Assembly (NCBI GenBank): GCA_013239625.1
Contig: MU053881.1
Location: forward strand, 5,229,957 to 5,293,956
Direction of reading: 5' to 3'
Source of the DNA: Lama guanicoe
Taxonomy: Eukaryota
Length of the DNA stretch: 64,000 bases
In this document: one piece after another, positions 33,886-47,052 of the stretch
Layout of the letters: every line of letters starts with the position of its first letter
Numbering within the stretch: position 1 is the stretch's first letter
Notes under the pieces: model-generated
Databases searched by the model: none
Told to the model about the DNA's origin: nothing
The model's input: the letters and a program-made list of their open reading frames with translations, nothing else
Made by a program: the position numbers and the translations under genes

Positions 33886-36800
33886 GACCATATTTATAGC
33901 CAAAGCTCAGTGAAAGAAACAGGATTGAGCAAGGATTGCTTTAAAGACAGATTGTCCTCCTTCATTTCCAGATATCCTCTGATCTCTCCTGGAGGCAGCC
34001 AGATGGCAGCCAGTTGGGAATGGAGACTCACCATAGGAACTCGGGCTGCAGACCTGAAATATGTGCTGGCAGGAAAGTGTAAATGCGTAGAGAGATGGCA
34101 TAAAACATGAAATTCCTCCTGCGCCAACTGCAAGCATGTTGCTTATTACAGTGTCCACACTTGTGAGAATCCTTGGGAGAGATTCTTCCCTTAAAACCAT
34201 ATGATGAATTAGAGCTGAGGCTCTGAATTTAGCTGGTCTGTATTCTAATCCTTGTTTCGCCAGGCATAGGACTGTGGGCAAGTTGTGAACTTTCTTCTTC
34301 CTGTCAGTGAGGAGAATAATAGTGCCTCCCTGGTGAGAAGAAGTAAACACCTAATAGACACTAATTATTATTATTATAATTCCCCTGGGTAATTGGTTTG
34401 TTCAACTGGCATGATCATTGTGATTTATGTAACTGACCAAATTTCCCTTTTCACACTTGCTGCTAGGAAGCTTAGCACCAATCTTGTGATCCAGCCATAG
34501 CAAATTTCTAGAACATAATGTGTGCTCTTTATAAATAAGCTTTAGTTGCGGTCTCATTTATATCCCAACTTTGTCATTTGTTTCTTTACTCACTCAACAA
34601 TTTATGTGTGTATTTTGCTCTAACTTATGTGTCCTTGGAAACTGCCTTTAATCTTTTCAGCAAGAGGTCTGGTATCTTGAATGAGAAGTTTCTGCTTGCA
34701 TGCGGCTGCTTTTGTCTCCTTAGTGAGGCAGTGGGTCCCTTGAGAGCAGGAACTATCTCTGATGCACTTTTTGGATCCTCTCCTCCCCCTGTGGTTAAGG
34801 AGTGCTTTCTAAGCTGAGTGGATGAGTTGATGAAATGTTAGAAAAGCGAGGAACTCAAAGAAGCTCCCTGCCTTAGCCACAGAGAAGAAATAGCTGATCC
34901 AGGAGGTCTCCACTCTCTCAAGTGTCCGTAAAACTAAACATAGCTCCATGTGGGAAAGGTCAGTAACCAATGGGCATGTTTCCTGTGCTTCGAGACCACA
35001 GGGAGCATGGAGATGTCGGGAAGAAGGGGTGGGCTTTGGTGGTCCCGCAGCTGCCTCACTGGTTGGCCAACATGAGGAATCCGGTTCCATTCTGACTCCT
35101 GGGAGTGGCAGAGATTCCCGCGGCTAACGGCTCCCTCACCGACACCTAGGTCATCTCCTTCTTTCTGGATACACAGGACCCAGATCACACATTTCATATC
35201 ATCTCATGAAAAACTGGACAGCTGGGCAACTCTGGGCTCCCAATTCTGCATGGCAACATCGATACCTTCTTCTGATGGGCGCACACCTTTGGGTGTTGTG
35301 CTGGTCCCCATTGCCTGGCCTGCCTCACTGCCCATGACCTCTGTCTGCCTTTGGAGGCATCTGAAGCTGAGCCCTGGTTGATGTGACATTGAAGGTGAGA
35401 CCCTGCCATTCTTTTTGTTCTCCTCGGAGACCCTTTGCCTCCTGGCCAAGCCCGACAGGCCCTCATCCTCTTAGACACTCTCGGTTTTCCCCTTTGTAAG
35501 TTGCCACTTCCCTCTGTGGCAACTCCTGTCCCCTCAGACAGCCATCCCCACCCCATCCCATTCACCCAGATCTTTCCTGTCCTCGACTTGAGGCGTCTCA
35601 CCTCCTCTGGGAGAGCGGCCAGGATCCCCAGGCAACTCTGTTCACACACCCTGTGTTGTTCTGTAATCATTAACCCCTAGTCCTGCCGAAGACCCACAGA
35701 CCTCGCACCTGCTGGGGGCTCCAAACGCGCTTGCTGGGTGAACGAATGAGTCAGGGAGTGCACCAGAGCCTGAGGGAGCAGACTAAAGCCGCCCAAGTGG
35801 CAGAACCCCGATCTGAATGTGGGGCTCAGAATCCCGTCCTCTCTTGCACCATCACTCCGGCCGTGACCCTGGGCCACCTGTTGTCCCCCTGACTGTCTCC
35901 CCGACGCCAGGCTTGGCATCTGAACCACTGTCAGCCCGGCCACTCCCCGCCGGCTGACGTCCAGGGGAGAAAGATGTCACAGCACATGCGGGTCACACAG
36001 GGGCCCCTGCACCATCCGCTGCCTTTGTTGTGGGGAGCAGCCTCCCCCCCACCCCAAGGAGCCTTTCTTTTCTCCTCTGCCTCCCTTCTGCCCCCACCCA
36101 GTCCTCGCTCTTCTCTTTAATTGCCGTGCTAGGGAGCAGGAAGAATGTCGTAGATGTTGCATCTGTTTTTCTGGAAGACTGTGAGCTGCATTAAAATATG
36201 TGCTCCGTGGGCGTGTGGTAGGCTGGGGCCTCTCTCCCAGCTCAATAAGTGGTGGGGGAGAGCTGAGAAGGAGGAAGTGGGAGGGACGGACAGACAGGGA
36301 GCAGGCAGACAAGGGGACACTCAGAGAGAAATAGACAGATCACAGCAAGTGGCAGAGATTCCGAGAGAGACAGAGAGAGAGAAACAGAGGAGAGGGAGAG
36401 GGGTGGGAGGATGTCTGTGATCCGTGGCCATCATCACGTTCCTCTGATTTTCAGCGTTTTTCTAACGGGCCCTGGACGATGATTTATGAGGGTTTATCCT
36501 GAACATGTGCAGCACGAGGCTGACAAGATACACATTGCGTTTATTTTCAGGAGCAGCCGTGAACTGCTCGTGGAAGCCCTGCCCGGACAGAGACGGGAGG
36601 CTGCGGCCCGCCTCCCTCTTCTCCTCCGTGTCCCTGTCTTCTCCAAGATGCTGCCTGGAGGCAGGACGGAGCTGCCTCCCAAGTTCATCAGTTCGAGTCG
36701 CTGGGGCTGGGAGAGGCCCTCTGTGCAGGCTGGGCTGGTTTGGAGGGGGGCAGCCTGGCCCGCGGAGGACGAGGGACGTCTGTCCGTGTGAGGGGTGGCT

Positions 36801-38737
36801 GGAGGGATGGGGAGGAAAGCGGAGGATCAGCCCAGCGGCTTTGGGAGGGAATGTTTTGTGAGCACAGACTGTACGGTTAGTCATCCTCACTGCCCCTGAG
36901 GTGAGAGTAATCTGTTCCCCCATTTCAGACAGAACTGGAAGCTCAGAGAGGGAAGGGGTCTGCCCGGGGGCACACAGCCAGGGAGCCTTGGGAAAGTGCC
37001 GTGGGTGTTCAGTGACTGGCCCCTCTCCCAGCAACTCCTGTTTCGATTAGGGATCGGAGCTGGTCTGGGGATGCTGACCCCACTCGGGGTCCGGAGGGAG
37101 CCCGTGATCCAGGCTGGGCAGGGCCTCACTCTCCCTTTCTGGCAACAGTGGCTGTGGCAGCAGACAGGAGACAGGGCTGCAGGGACCATGATGCCTGGCC
37201 AAGGGGCAAAAGTGTCTCTCAGGAGGATCCTAAGAAGAGACTGGAGAGGATCAAAGGGAGGAGATGGGTTGGGGTGGGAGTTGGCGGGAGGGGTCAGACT
37301 AGGGCGTGGGTAACAAATGGAAACATTCAAATATGAGTAAATCCGGTTGCCCACATGGCCTCACAAGCCAGGGTGTGACTGATTAAAAAATAAATCATAA
37401 TCCTAGATAGGAAAGCCTTAGAGAACATGTAGTCCAGCTGCTCACCCATCTTACAGATGGGGAAACTGAGATATACTTTTATTCAGTTCTGTGTGTTCAG
37501 GATTGTCTTAGAGTGGTTTATCAAGGAGAATGGGGTGAGGGTCTTAATGTTTACCTCCACACCATCCCTTACCCTCTCCCCATCCTAGTTTTCATTCAAC
37601 AACCCACTCAGCACTCCCATATCCTCTACCCTCCTTGGAAAGCTGACCCTCATCTCACCTCTGGGCTGGGCCCTTTTGCCTTGAGGCCTCTGGCCACAGT
37701 CATTAGTGTAGGGGAGGAGTGGCCTAAACTCACCAAATCACAGCGACTCTCCGGAGTCTTGTTTGGAAATGCTGGGACAGAATGCTCCTGCGGACTTTCT
37801 GGATGTGTTTGAGGATGCACGGAGATCCCCCTGGCAGATGTTAGCAGCCATCTGGCCACCACGAGAGAAACCCGCTTAAGGACGAAGCTCACAGACACAC
37901 AAGGGAAGGGAGCGAATCACTGAAGAGTGGAGTTGGGCCACATACTGTAGGCATTTGAGTGAGGCCACAGCTCAACAGCTCCGCATGATTGGCAGGCCTA
38001 GGGACTCCTCCTGAACCCCCCCCTTTGCTGGGTGCTGACCAATTTGGTGGTCCTTTCTACAGGATAATGAAGAGGACCCAGTGGGAAAGTGATACCCATT
38101 GGTCAGTCCCATTCCTTGCGTCCAGAGCACCCTCCCTGCCTGACACGCTCCTCTCCTGGGGGCCTAGAGGGAGGTGTCCATGTTGTTCTCTGCGTCTTCC
38201 TTTGCCGATGAAGGATCTGGCTGCCGGAGAGCTCCAGACCCCAAAGATCACGCCAACCTTGAATCCTGGCACCAGACCAATCTTAGCGATTGGAAATAAA
38301 GTGGACTGAAAGGCGATGATTTGATTCCGGCGGAAGAAACTGCTCCTGGGCCTGAGCAAACTACCCACATGGCGTGTCCCCCACCCCCACCGTGTGCTCC
38401 TGGGACCTGCCAGTGTGCACATGTAGCTCACTCATCCATGACACATACTCTGGCACCCACAAGCAGCCCAAGTCCCAGACCCACAGGGGAAAACATCTCA
38501 CACACTGCACCCAGCATACACACCTCCCACGCTTGCAATAACACTGCACAAAACACCCCTCTGCCTAGGACACACACCCTTAGGGAATCGCCCATCCTCA
38601 CCCCCATGTAGGTACGCAGCCACCCCGGCATCGTGGCAAGGATGCAGCACAGGCAGAGGCTGGGGATGGTGCAGTTCCGGATGCCTGGACAATCAAGCTG
38701 AGGGAGCCCAGCCCAGGCCACAGGGCTGTGGTGGGTA

Positions 38738-38883
38738 CATGTACACATGTGTGTGCGTGCACATGCTTGCATACAGTGGGCATGTTCACATGTGTTTCTG
38801 GTGTGTGTGTGTGTGTGTGTGTACGTGTGTGTCTGCTCTGTGCGTATCTGCCGTGTTGTGTCTGGTGCGTGTGCGTGCATGTC
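38738..38883 (+). repeat. Degenerate (TG)n / alternating purine-pyrimidine tract
   Basis: catgtacacatgtgtgtgcgtgcacatg...(gt)n core at 38801-38822...gtgcgtgtgcgtgcatgt. Confidence 0.85.
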
Positions 38884-41800
38884 TGAGATGGGGGGGTTGC
38901 CCTTTTTCCCTCCCTGGGAAGCTGGGAGGGAGGATGTGGTGGACACTTAGGCCCAAAACAGCTGTGTCCTTGAGGCAACCCCTGTCTCCAGCCCACCCAG
39001 GACAGACACCTCCAGTGCCGAGAGGAGGGAGAAGCCTCCCCCACAGACGCTGGGCTACTCTCCTCCACCCTCCTGTCCCTAGAAGAGAAGCAAAGAGGAC
39101 AGTGGACCTGCGCCTAGGACCCCTCGGGCCCCCTACAGTAAAGGCACCCTCCCGCCGCTGACAGGCAGCCCGCCCCACACAGCTCAGCCATGGGCTGGAC
39201 TCCAGCCCCGCTCGCCCTTCCATCCAGGCACCTTTGTGCAGTGTGCAACCTCCACAGCCGCACACGGTGGCCCCGACGGCCCCGACTTGCTGAGTGAGCA
39301 CGAGCAAGTTACTTCTCCGTGAGCCACAGTCTCCTCATTTGTACAATGGGAGGAACAGTGCTGATTAAACAATTTTGTGGATATGAAGCGAAAAGATGTC
39401 ATGCCTGTGGAAGGCCAGGCCCACAGCAGGCGCTCGGGAACTTAGGGCTGGCTTTCTCCAGCACCCCTCTGGGCTGTGCAGCCACAGAAGCCAGGAAAGG
39501 ATGCTCTGCTCGGATTTTGTCCTGCGGTCAGAATGAAGCGATCAAGGATTATGGGCCAACAAACGGAACCTTCACAGAGGGGCACCAGCTCCCAGGTCTA
39601 TCATCCAAGCCAGCTTTGGAGCAAGGGGAAGGGATGGAACTAGCCAGCCTCATGCCAGGCCTCTGAGGGCATCAGATGCCACTCATCACTCCACAAAGCC
39701 CCGGGGGGAAGGCATCATCACTCCCATTTCACAGGCGAGGAAGTTGAGCCCAAGAGAAGGCGAGTCAGTTGTTGGCTACACAACTTGTAACCTGCCGGGC
39801 AGGGATTGGGCCTGGTTGTCTTAACCACGTGTTTCTGATGCTTTGGTGTCTGGGGCCTGACCATCTCAATCCTCCCCAGAGCTCTACCCACCCCCTGCCC
39901 ACCCACCTCCCGCATCCTCAGTCATCCTAAGGCCAGGCACCAGACAACTAGGGGCAGCACCCATACCCCAGAGCCTGCTAGAATTACTCAAACTAGCCCA
40001 TCCCAAGCCTGCTTACTCTGCCTTACCCGTTCCTGCCCGTAGAGATCACCGTCAAGGCTCTTGCCTCGTTTTCCCCCTGCGCCCTCTGCCTGCTGACCAG
40101 CCTGCTACTTCCCCGCGTGGTCCTGTGCGGTGCGGTGTGCCTACCTGAATAATAATAAAACCTATGTTTTAAAACCCTGGTAAGAACTGATTCCCAAGAT
40201 CTCACATAACCACCTTGCTACACCCTCTGAGTTCCTTTCCCGGGCACAGTCCCCCTCAAACTGTGCCTCTGGGTAGAGTATGAGTGGCTTCTCTGTCTGG
40301 TCTCCCGATTCACCATGGTGCAGACGCCCACGTCCCCTGCAGAGAGAGCTTATCTGTCTAATGTCTGTCTCCTCCACAGACCATGAATCCATGAGGATGG
40401 GACATAGAAGGGACTGAAGAAGCATCTCTCCTACCTCTAAGCCCATTCCCTCATCTGACCCTCCCAGCCATCCTCTGAGGCGGGCGGGTAGAGACTCTTG
40501 AACCCATTTTACAGAGAGGAAAATGGAGGCTTAGAGCAGTGAAGTGGCCACCCCACAGTCACGTGGTGGGCCAGCGGTGGAACAGGGCTTTGAATCTAGG
40601 CCACGGAGGCTTTCCTGGTGATTGTGCTTCACGCGCTCGTGTTCCAACCTGCTCACAGCAGGGGACAGGCTGCACTCAGCCATTCTAAAAAGGATAAAAG
40701 TGAGAGGCCAGCCAGGCCACAGGGAGGGGACCAGACAGCGAGCTGGGGCTGGGGGCACTGGGAAATGAAGCACCACGGGCCTTTGAAAGAAAGTTGAAAA
40801 GAAGACCTGATTTATAAATAGAAAAAAAATCTCAGGTGGAACAACAGTTGTCCTGCTTTTTTTTTTTTTCATGGTTTTTGTATCCCCCAAAGCAAGCTGA
40901 TGAGGGGTGCTGCCGGCTTCGGAGGCTCCCTACTCTACCTGGTCTCCTGTTTCTCCTTAGACTCACCGTGAGCGGACGGATGCCCAGGGTAGGTCCCAGA
41001 TAAACCCTGCTGTGGCCGCCTTAGCTACCCCTCACTGGATACGCCCTGGACACTGATGCACATACAGATAAAAGGGTGGGTAGACGCAAGGATCAAGGGA
41101 CAGGGTTTTTCTCAAGTCTCCTTCCCAGTGAGATCTTCCCTGGTCACTCCATGTAGAATTGCCCCCCCCACCCTCTGCTCTGTTTCTTCCATAGTCCCTT
41201 CCACATCCTGATGGACCTCGAAGATCTTCTCTGTTCATCATTGCCCTTCTCCTATATTAGTGCGGAGGCTCCCTGAGGGCAGCGATCTTGGTCTATCTCA
41301 TCCGCGGGCTGGGCCCAGCCCAGGCCTGGTCCAAAGCGGGTCACCTCCTCTCTCCATCCCCACTCACCTCCTCACTGGTCTCCCTCCCTCCAGCCTACCC
41401 TTGGCATCCTCTCTGCAGCCAGAGTGCTCTGAGTAAGATGCAAATCTGACTTGGTCAGTCCTCAGATCAAAATGTTTCTCCCTGCCTGGAAGGAAGCCCA
41501 GGTTCTTTAGCATCTTTGCATGATCTGGTCCTGCAGACGTCTGGCTGTCCCCCACCCCAAGCTGCCACCAGACTTAATTCACTCCTGGAACGATGCTGTG
41601 TTTCATCTCACTGCCTTTGCCCTTCCGGGAGTAATCTGACTCCTACTTACCCTTGTGTCCAGACCTCTCCTGCTCCAGGAAGCCCTCTTGGACACAAGGC
41701 TCAGTAAATGCCACCTGGGACCCAGAAATTAACAACCTGTTCATTTCCCTTGGTCAGGCTGATGGTACCATAGGGCAGGAATCACTCATTTCCTGCCTCG

Positions 41801-42235
41801 TCCTGAAGCTGCTGATCCAGTTTGTACCTGGCACACTAAAGCGTCTCAGGTCATGGCTATTGATCTGTAGATGAAATAAACTGAACTGAACCAAATGACT
41901 CCAGTCAAAGTGATTAATCTAACTGGGAATTCAAGATAAAGCAATAGAAAGCAGTTTCTAATTCTCATCTTGGATCCTCATCCTCTCATTTTGGATCCTT
42001 TAATTTTCTGAACTTGAAAGGACCCTGAGGCAGCATGGAGGAGGAAAAGCTCAGAGAGGTCAAGTGGCTTACCCAACATCACACAACTAAGAGGTTGCTG
42101 AGCTGGGAATACATTTGGGATCCATTTGACTCCAGAGATCCTCTATAGGCTGTAAAATATTGCTCATTTCAAGGGGTAGGGGTTGACCTAAAATAGTATT
42201 ACTCTGAGATTCCGCCTTCGGTCTACATTTCTTAA

Positions 42236-43999
42236 CCATATCTTGGCTATTGTGAATAATGTTGCAATGAACAAGAGAGTACAGATTCTCTTCGAGATCC
42301 TAATATAGTTTCCTTTGGATGTATACCCAGAAGTGAGATGGCTGGATCATATGGTAGTTCTATTTTTAATTTTTTGAAGAACCTCCATACTGTTTTCCAT
42401 AATGACTGCATCAATTTACCTTCCCTTCAACAATGTATAAGGGAGCCCTTATCTCCGCACTGTCACCACTGTCACTGTTACCTCTTGTCTTTTTGACAAT
42501 GGCCATCCTAACAGATGTGAGGCAATATCTCGCTGTGATTTTAATTTGTATTTCCCTGATGAATAGTGTTATTGAGCACCATTTCATATACCTGTTGGCC
42601 CATTTGTATGTTTTCTTTGGGGAAAAAAAAGCCTATTTAAGTCCTTTGCTCATTTTTCAATCAGGCTATTTGGTTTTTTTCTTATTGAGTTTTACAAGTC
42701 CCTTATGTATTTTAGATATTAACCCCTTATCAGATACGTGGTTTGCAAGTATTTTCTCTCATTCCATAGGCTGATTTTTCAGTCTGTCGATTGTTGCCTT
42801 TGTTGTACAGAAGCTTTAATTTTTCCTTCAGTGCCTATGCTTTCAGTGTGATATCTAAAAAGTCATTGGCCAGACCAATATCAAAAAGCTTTTCCCTATG
42901 TTTTCTTCTAGTATTTTCATGGTTTCAGTTCTTATATTTAAGTTTTTAATCCTTTTTGAGTTGATTTTTGTATATGGTGTGAGTTAAGGGTCCAATTTTA
43001 TTCCTCTACATGTGGATATCCAGTTTTTCCAACACCATTTATTGGAGAGATTGTCCTTTCCCTGTTGTATGTTCTTGGCACCTTTGTCAAAGATCAGTTG
43101 ATCACAGATGCATGGATTTATTTCTGGAATTTCTATTCTGTTCCATTAGTTCATATTAGTCCCTTACTGTACTGTTTTGATTATTGTAACTTTGTAATAT
43201 AGTTTGAAATCAAAGCCTCCAGCTTGTTCTTGCTTAAGATTGCTTTGAGTATTTGAGGTCTTTTGTGGTAGCATATGAATTTTAGATTTTTTTTCTATTT
43301 CTGTAGAAATGTCACAGGGATTTCCTTGAATCTGTAGATCACTCTGAGTAGTATGGACATTTAAAAAATATTAACTCTTCCAATCCATGAACATGGGATG
43401 TCTTTGCATTTACCTGTGTCTTTCTTAACGTCCTTCATCAATGTTTTACAATTTCCAGTGGACAAGTTATTTCATCTCTGGTTAACTTTATTCCTAAAGT
43501 TTTGTTGGTATTGTGAAGAAATTGCTTTCAGATTTCCCTTTTCAGTTAGTTTGCTGTTTGGATATAAAAACGTGACTGATTTTTGTATATTGATTTTGTA
43601 CCTTGCTACTTTACCAAATTTGTTAGTTCTAACAGTGTTTTCTACATATATGATCATGTCATCAGCAAAAAGGGATAATTTTATTTCTTTTCTGATTTGG
43701 ATGCATTTTCTCTCTTTTTCTTGTGCCATTGCTCTGGCTAGAACTTCCAGTATTGTTTTGAATAGAAGTGGTGAGGGTGGGCATCCTTGCCTTGTAATGG
43801 GTCTCAGAGGGAAAGCTTTCCATTTTTCAGCATTGTTATGATAGCTGTGGGCTTCTGTTATATGGCCTTTATTGTGTTTGAGTAAGCTCCTTCTATACCT
43901 ATTTTGTTGAGAATTTTTATCATGAATAGATGTTGAACTTTGTCAAATGCTCTTTCTGTATCTATTGAGATGATCATTTTTTTTTCTCTTTCATCCTGT
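42236..43999 (-). mobile_element. L1 (L1MA-like) ORF2 segment, antisense (inverted 5' part)
   Basis: Classic antisense ORF2 sequence. The minus-strand ORF 43472-43729 gives an RT fragment, [18 protein letters not shown]...[15 protein letters not shown]. Confidence 0.92.
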
Positions 44000-44835
44000 G
44001 AGAATGGCTATTATCAAAAGGACAAAAGGTAACAATTGTTGGAAAGGATGTGAAGAAAAGAAAATCCTCATGCACTGTTGGAAATGTAAATTGGTACAGT
44101 CATTATGAAAAACTGTATGGAATTTCCTTTAAAAGTTTAAAAATAGAAAAACCTTTTGATTCAGCAATTCCACTTCTGGGTATATAGCTGAAGGAAATAA
44201 AATCAGCATCTCAAGGAGATATCTGCCTTCTCACGTTCATTGCAGCTTTATTCATAATAGCCAAGATATGGAAACAGCTGAAATGTCCACTGATGGATGA
44301 ATGGATAAAGAAAAAGTGGTATATATATGCTGGAGAATTATTCAGCCTTCAAAAAGAAGGAAATTTTGTCATTTGCAACAACATGGATGAAACTGGAGGA
44401 TGAAATTAAGTGAAGTTAAGTGAAATAAGCCTGACACTGAAAAACAAATGCTGCATGGACTCATTTATATGTGGAATCTAAAACAGTCAGACTCATGGAA
44501 GAGAGTAGAATGGTGGTTGCCAGAACTGGGAGGAGGCAGAACTGGAGATGTTGGTCCAGGGGTACACAGTTTTAAGTATACAGGATAGATAAGTTCTGGA
44601 GATCTAACATACAACATGGGGACTAGTTAACAATATTGTATACTTGAAATTGGCTAAGAAATTAGATCTTAAGTGTTCTCACTACACAAAAATGTTAACC
44701 ATGTGAGGTGATGAATATGTTAATTAGCTTGATTATGGTGATTTTTTTCCCCACAATATATGTAGATCAAGACATTGAGTTGTACACCTTTAAATATATT
44801 CAATTTTTATTTGTCAATTATACCTCAATAAAGAT
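43991..44835 (+). mobile_element. L1 (L1MA8/9-like) ORF2 end and 3' UTR, sense
   Basis: agaatggctattatcaaaag...cagcaattccacttctgggtatata...tttatttgtcaattatacctcaataaag. Confidence 0.92.
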
Positions 44836-44920
44836 GGGAGGGGGGACCCTCAAAAGACCACATCCTCTGAACAAGCCATCACGTTTCAAGGATACCCACA
44901 TGCAAAATGGTCATGCTCTA

Positions 44921-45583
44921 CAATAGATTCTCGTTATTTACAGTAGTCATTCTAAGAAGCTACCTGAACACTGAATCAGCAAATACTGAAACTTGGTTCC
45001 TACGGGGAAATACAGGGTTAGGAAATTGCAAGCTTCTGGTCACAATATTTTATCAACGGATCAGTGCATCACCTTGTTTTATGTGTGTTTCTGTTTAAAG
45101 GCACTTCATTTAATAGATATATTAGTTATTAATTAACATCGAACCCACAACCAGAGGCAGTGTAACTCGTGCCTAAATTAAGCTTATGTAACACATGTAC
45201 TTCCTCCGTAAGGCGCATCCTAGCCTTCTGGAGCTTAGGAACAGTAGACGGCACGTCAGTGCTATGCTAGTGGGGGTCATGTCAAGCAGCAGAATCGCCA
45301 TCAAGAAGCACAAAAATGTGGAAAACGTGGCACTAAGCAGGCCAGAGAAAGGACACTTGTTTACCGAGTAAGAGCTGACACAGGAAGGCAGCTCCTCACC
45401 TTGTGTGACCTCAGCTGGGAAAGTCCACGGGGAGGGGCGTGACTCACACGGACTTTCCCAGCGGCTCTGCGCATGGCCGCCAGTGACCACAGAAGTGTGA
45501 GAATGGATTTTGAGGTTGCAAATACATTTTAGCAAGTAGGCGACTTTGAAAATACTGAATCTCTGAATAAGGAGCAACAACTG
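44921..45583 (-). mobile_element. MER82-like Tigger-family MITE, apparently full length (~660 bp)
   Basis: TA|caatagattctcgttatt ... aataaggagcaacaactg termini. The interior (aaatacattttagcaagtaggcga; cacaaaaatgtggaaaacgtggcactaa) matches the remembered MER82 consensus. Confidence 0.75.
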
Positions 45584-45666
45584 TGTGTCAAAAAGATGTT
45601 GATGGCAACATAACAACAAAACCGGTGGGTTTGGCCTCAGTGCTAATTAGTAGGGATTGGTTAGAC

Positions 45667-45872
45667 CAAGGATTCTCCAACCTCAGTGCTACTGACACTC
45701 AGGGTCAGATAATTCTTTATTATTGGAGGGGGTGGTGGAGTGCCATCCTGTGCATTGCAGGATGCTGAGCGACATCCCGGACCTCTACCCAATAGTTACC
45801 AGCAGCATCCCACTTCCTCCAAGTTGTGACAACCAAAAATGTCCCCAGACACTGCCAAAGGAGAATCACTCG
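45667..45872 (-). mobile_element. MER20 hAT-Charlie MITE
   Basis: caacctcagtgctactgacact...cagataattcttt...gttgtgacaaccaaaaatgtccccagacactgccaaa. Confidence 0.85.
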
Positions 45873-46914
45873 GTCAGATAAACTCAGAGGCAGCTGCACA
45901 ACGGAATGCTGTGTGATCTTTAAAGAAGATGGTCCATAAGAGACTCGGGAAGATTTCCACAACATTTTTAACTAGAAAAAAGAAGACAGGTGACAAAACC
46001 TGGATGTATACTAAACTTCCACTTTTACATCCATGTGTGTTTATAGGCACATACGTAGAGGAAAGAGAGAATGAGAGAGAGGTGAACACATTTCCGCTTT
46101 TGCTTGACAAGCATGTTCCAGGCCTTTGCACCAAAACAAAGCCTGGAGCCTGAATTTCAGGGTCTACGGAGACACAGACTTGAGGGCCAAGGGCACTTGC
46201 TGCCCTGGACTCAGACCCTCGCCAAGGATGGTTTGGGCTCTGGAGTCAAGGCTTGCTGCCTCCTGGTCCTCCTGGCAGGTGTCAACCAGCCCCTTGCCTG
46301 GTAGTCAGGTCCTCTCTGAACTTGGCCTACTCCCTACCTGTACCTTCAACCTGCTCTCCACTGTACACCCTTGGTCAGTGGTTCCCGCTTAGCTGGGACC
46401 CTGGCCCTCTGCTCAGCTGGGACCAGCACCCTCCCTTGGGGACAGGATCAGTCCCTATTGCCAGCCCCTAACTAGGGTTACCCTCAGTAGGTCTGAAGCC
46501 CTGGTCCCATGCCATGCTCCTTCAGCTCCCCCGCTGAGCCCTGCCCCAGCCTGGGTGCCTTTTGTTGATCTAAACAGTTCTCCAGCACAGCAGGGTTCCT
46601 CACCACCTTCTTCCGGGGCTTTTGTACAAATCAGTGCAGCTACACCCACAGGGAACAGCACTGGGGTCACCCACCTGTCCCCTCCAGTCTCAACAGCCTC
46701 CAACAGCCCCCTCAGACATGGTGGGCTTTGCAGCTAAGGAAACCTAGACTCAGATCCTGCCTTGTCTACTTACAAGCTGCGTGTTGGGCAAGTTACTGTC
46801 CTTTCCTGAGCCTCACCCTCCTCATCTGTAGAATGGGTTCCTCTCAAAGCTATGGGGAGAATTAGCTGAGTCAATGAGTATAAAGCACATGGTAGGTCCT
46901 CAGTCAGTGGTAGC

Positions 46915-47052
46915 TTACAGAGTTTCTGTTTGGGGTGATGAAAAGTTCTGGAGCCAAGATAGTGGTGATGGTTGTACAACATTGTGCATATGCTCACTGC
47001 CACTGGATTGTACACTTTTTTAAATGGTTCTATGGCAATTCTTACGTTATGT
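46915..47052 (+). mobile_element. L1MB-type 3' UTR fragment
   Basis: cagagtttctgtttggggtgatgaaaagttctggag...gatagtggtgatggttgtacaacattgtg. Confidence 0.75.

Noticed and set aside
36551..36900. Possible plus-strand lncRNA exon (tttattttcag acceptor at 36550, GAG|gtgaga donor at 36900)
   Set aside because: The donor lies at the edge of a MIR, no partner exons or promoter were identified, and splice-like motifs alone are insufficient without RNA data.
43398..43841. 147-aa hydrophobic ORF
   Set aside because: Antisense reading of L1 ORF2; a well-known artefact.
46391..46424. Short direct repeats (agctgggacc x2; also gagccct x2 at ~25016) as a CRISPR-like or minisatellite array
   Set aside because: Only two units each, no regular spacer array, and the context is eukaryotic.
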